Below are positions 37,136 to 64,000 of a stretch of DNA of 64,000 bases, one piece after another. The notes below the pieces were generated by a model. It ran no database searches and was not told the origin of the DNA. It was given only the letters and a program-made list of their open reading frames with translations. The stretch covers positions 496,001 through 560,000 of the forward strand of contig NMRA01000148.1 of the NCBI GenBank assembly GCA_002633005.1, given 5' to 3'. A program made the translations under genes and the position numbers. Each line of letters opens with the position of its first letter. The stretch's first letter is position 1. The DNA is from Phoronis australis (lineage: Eukaryota > Animalia > Phoronida).

Positions 37136-40100
37136 ATACCCAATGGCTATATACATAAGAGGGTTCTCATGAGATCCAAATCGAGCGTTTTGTGCAATGA
37201 GCCTGACCTTTGTTGTCTGTGCAGGTCCATGCAATGCACGTATTGGAACACCTGTGATCTTTTTTACCACAAGGATGAAGCTATCTGGCCAAATGTGATG
37301 GAACTCAGCCACAGGTTGTCTCCTAGTTTGTCTTGCATTGTCACACAGGGAATCGGTGGAAATGTGGTATGACTGAACAGAACTTGGAAATATTCCAGAT
37401 ACCCTGATATCTTTTTGGTATTGGTTTTACAAAACCCACCAAAGAAACCAACATTGTTCACTTCTGAGGCATCTAGCACTTGCTGAAAATACCATTTCAA
37501 TTCCATTAGTTATAACTAAATAAAACTAAATTTCAAGCCCATCCTTGATTTCAATTATTCAGAACATCGAATGGGCTTAAAACTATTATCAAAATAGGAT
37601 CGTACTGCAAACGACAGCCTTGTTATATCTGTATAATTTATTGTCAAATTTATGAGTCATTAGTAAACTTGGCTATTCTTCAGTTATTGAACAACCAGAC
37701 ACACAAACATGATTATGTTGATTCCAAATAATTTGAGACCTTGAAAGATTACGATTGGAGAATGAGCGTGTGAAGTCTTTGCTGAATTAGGTGGGCAAGC
37801 CAATTTATTCAAGTCAGATATTAGATCAAAAATTATCTTAAGGTTATTTAGTTATTTATATTTCACAGTGTTTAGAAAGACTACTGTTTTCTCTGGGCTG
37901 CCTGAAAACAGCAAAATGAAATGAAACTGATTTCACTTCAGTTCAAAATGTAGATTTTTTTCACATGGAAGCAGATTGGTAGAAATATAACAAGGAATTC
38001 AAAAAAAAAACAGATAAACACAATTTATCAAGGCTATTGGGAATAATTGACAAACAATGGTGTAATGGAAATACAAAACTGAAGGTCTACCCTTCGTAGT
38101 TCTATACACTGAAAACAGTGACTCATGGTATTAGAAAAAATGCCTAAAAACGCTCTACGTCGGAATGGAAGTAATTGACGAAAAGTCATGTAACATAGAA
38201 TTTGAAGGACAGTTTTTGCGCCTGTGAATCCTCATGCTCTCCCATGATTTTAATAGCTTTGTCAACCCTAAGTGTTGTTCTGTTGTAACGTTCCAAACAA
38301 ATGAGGAATTTCTCAGTGTGGTTATTCAATATCTTAGTATACACTGCACTGTTTCTCAATAGTTCTAACATCTTGTTAACGCGACAGAAAGTGTTTTGAA
38401 TGTAAACAGACTAATGGCAATATTTGTTGAGTTTAATTTTTATCAATGTGCCTTTTCAAGCGTCCTTGACCTTTCAATAAACTTTGTACAAGAATTAACT
38501 CGACACTTCGTAATTCCTTGGGCATATTTTAAAAGTTAACACTCTAATGTAATCCACAACGTCAGGAGTACTTATTCAAACGTCTGGGTTCGTTGTACAA
38601 TTTTACCTCAATGTTTCGTGAACCGTTTTGCACACGCTTAACAATCATGATTTTTACCAAATGTCGAAAATTAACACTATTTTACCCTCATGCCCGGAGA
38701 GTGCACTAAACTATTTTCACGAGAGTCGAAAAATTAGGACATCAACACATCTAAAAGATTTAATTAAAATGATCCGATTTTATGTTTTTTTACAAATAAA
38801 TAACGTCTGAGCGGCACCCCCACGGTACCTATGAAAATATACCCCCAAGGCATTGTTGAGTGATGTATTACGTATAATCATAGCAATACAGCAAACCAAT
38901 TTGAAATTACTCGTATATGAAAACGTAACGTTAATCAATTCACCAGGATCCTTGCGTGACCATTATTGACCAGATCATACAAGGTGAAGTGACGTGAATT
39001 AGCCAGGGCGGGCGGCGGTTAAGTCTCCCTTGATAGATCTTCTCACGTGTGTGCTACAAGATAAGTCACATTTTCCATTATTCGCTATCAAATCTTCATT
39101 AAAAAATCATAAAAATACAACAGGACAGTTAACTAAAGTTACCATAAGTTACCCTCACATACTGTGACGTCGAGAACGTCCGTATGTAGCTTTCTTGAAC
39201 AAAATTTTAGATCCACGCCTGGCATATATTGAATAATAGAAAATTCCGGGAAAATGTTACATGATGGAAAATTATAATGACTTCTGTTATTCGCAACAAT
39301 ACGCAGAAGGACAGAGGGACTCCGTGATTTCTCACTTCTTGATTACTAATCGGTTCTGTTTACAAGATGCTATGCGTAATATTCAATTTCAGATATTTGA
39401 GCTTTTCCAGTTGTTGTTAAATACAGAGGAGATAAATTTACGGCCATAGCCTATTATTTGGAAAATTTTAGTTAATCATGACTTAAATTTCTACTGGCTT
39501 TATTCCAGGTATTTCCCAAAGTGTGATAAATTTAACAAATTTTGATTTTGGGTTGCATTTTGCAACCCATTTATATTTTTATTTTCGATGCAAAATAATT
39601 TGTGACGATACCCATGGAATAAAAAGCTTCTAAGGCCAATCTGAAAGTGTCGGGTCAACACCTTTCTTAGTTCAGGGTTTAAGCTCAATGCAATTTCGTT
39701 CTCCACGTTTTAGTTTATTTTTTACAACCAGACTTTTTAAATTTCGCCCTATAAATTACAAAATCGAAATTTGTTGCTAGCCTCTTGACATTTTCCTCTT
39801 AATTTCTTAAGTCGTTAATAGATACAAAAAGTATTGTGCCGTAAAAATTCCCGACTTTTCATGCAGACAGCTTTGGCAGGGAGTTATGGGTAATTTTAAA
39901 TGACCCACGTGACCTCTTTGTGCATGACTCGCCGCGTGTGGGTCGCAGCCTCCCCTTTCATTCCGTTCAGTTTTATGTCGATAGTAAGAGGAAAAAGTCT
40001 TTCAATCGCGTTTGTGGTGGAGTAACATCGAAGGGGAGAACACCGGCGAGTGATGCATGGGTTTTGATGGATTATGAGAGCGCGATACGTGCAATAATTT

Positions 40101-40139
40101 TGATTTGAAGGTCGGCCACTTTGTTTCTCTTCTGTTATT

Positions 40140-63150
<23,011 letters not shown>

Positions 63151-63299
63151 GTAAGTATTAAAGGTGGGCTCACATGCCGTTACCAATAAACTCATTTAGT
63201 GTTACGTAGGACTTTATTGACAAGTCTGTTTTTAGCCAAGTAACACAACTATAGTAAAACAAGACAAAAGTATATATTTTGTGGAAACAGAAAGCCTAT

Positions 63300-63693
63300 A
63301 GGATTTCATTGTTAACTTTTCACCCATCTGTTTAATATTTATTGGGTCATGTGACCATGTTTTTAGTAAAATTTGGATAGGAAGAAAGGTACAACGATAG
63401 CATAACAATGGTATCAATAACATGACTGAATTTCATAAATTAAATGATCATGATGAAATCTCAAAAAGACTGTTATGGTTGTCTAAATAATCATTTTGTT
63501 TTCATTTTATGCAACTTCCGAGTTTTTTAGCAAATCATAAAAGCCCTCTTTTTTGAATACCCCCATGCAAGAATAGAACATATTGTAGACAATCAGCATT
63601 TTGGAGAACAGTGTAATCATAGTATGTAAAAAGTCATTGTGAATCCGATCTGCCATTTCTGAGATATTGTGTTCTGAAATTTGGACATTTTTT
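63300..63693 (+). repeat. Old dispersed repeat family, copy 3
   Basis: Same shared blocks as 49830-50280; boundaries approximate. Confidence 0.65.
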
Positions 63694-64000
63694 ATTGGTT
63701 TTACATAACTTTAAAGGTAATGTCCCTTCATTTTCACCAGTTTATAACAGAGGATGAGTAATAATTCTAAAGGCATCACCAGTATTGGAACGTATTGTAG
63801 ATTTCATGACGTTAGTTGTTTTTACTGTTATTATTACAGTCTAAAAGTCCTGTAAATCGCCATGCATTGAAGGGAAGTCTTTGAAGGCTTTATCGGTTCA
63901 TCTGACATTTTATTATTAAATCCTACGAGCTGAGAACTATTCTATTTGTAATGGGATCTTGTAATTTGTTCAGACAGCTCTATTTTGGCAAATATCGTAA

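Noticed and set aside
34630-40139. Search for a WSB-like gene between RFC5 and NLK, as next to human RFC5
   Set aside because: No WD40 or SOCS-box exons were recognised; only repeats and the RNase H fragment are present.

Overview
This is a eukaryotic (invertebrate bilaterian, plausibly deuterostome; species not determinable here) AT-rich genomic window with spliced genes, so most ORFs in the supplied track are noise. Three genes can be built by hand from splice signals and reading frames. (1) The first two coding exons of a Kinase Suppressor of Ras (KSR) gene on the - strand, with a 13.3-kb first intron; the rest lies left of the window. (2) A complete 11-exon RFC5 gene on the + strand (338 aa), head-to-head with KSR, with only 232 bp between the two ATGs and a double E2F site between them. 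(3) Exons 1-7 of Nemo-like kinase (NLK) on the + strand, whose intron 3 is a U12-type (minor spliceosome) intron. Introns and intergenic DNA hold several non-autonomous TIR elements (TTAA/Kolobok-like, one with a 5-bp TSD, small MITEs), a satellite-bearing repeat family whose units carry CTCF-like motifs, Penelope-like relics (a GIY-YIG fragment and a ~310-bp palindrome with a degenerate hammerhead core), a frameshifted non-LTR RNase H fragment, and two assembly gaps. I found no new protein-coding system. The best leads are regulatory or architectural: the KSR-RFC5-NLK linkage, the bidirectional promoter, the minor intron, repeat-borne CTCF arrays and intronic dsRNA-forming repeats. Comparisons to human genes are from memory and need checking.
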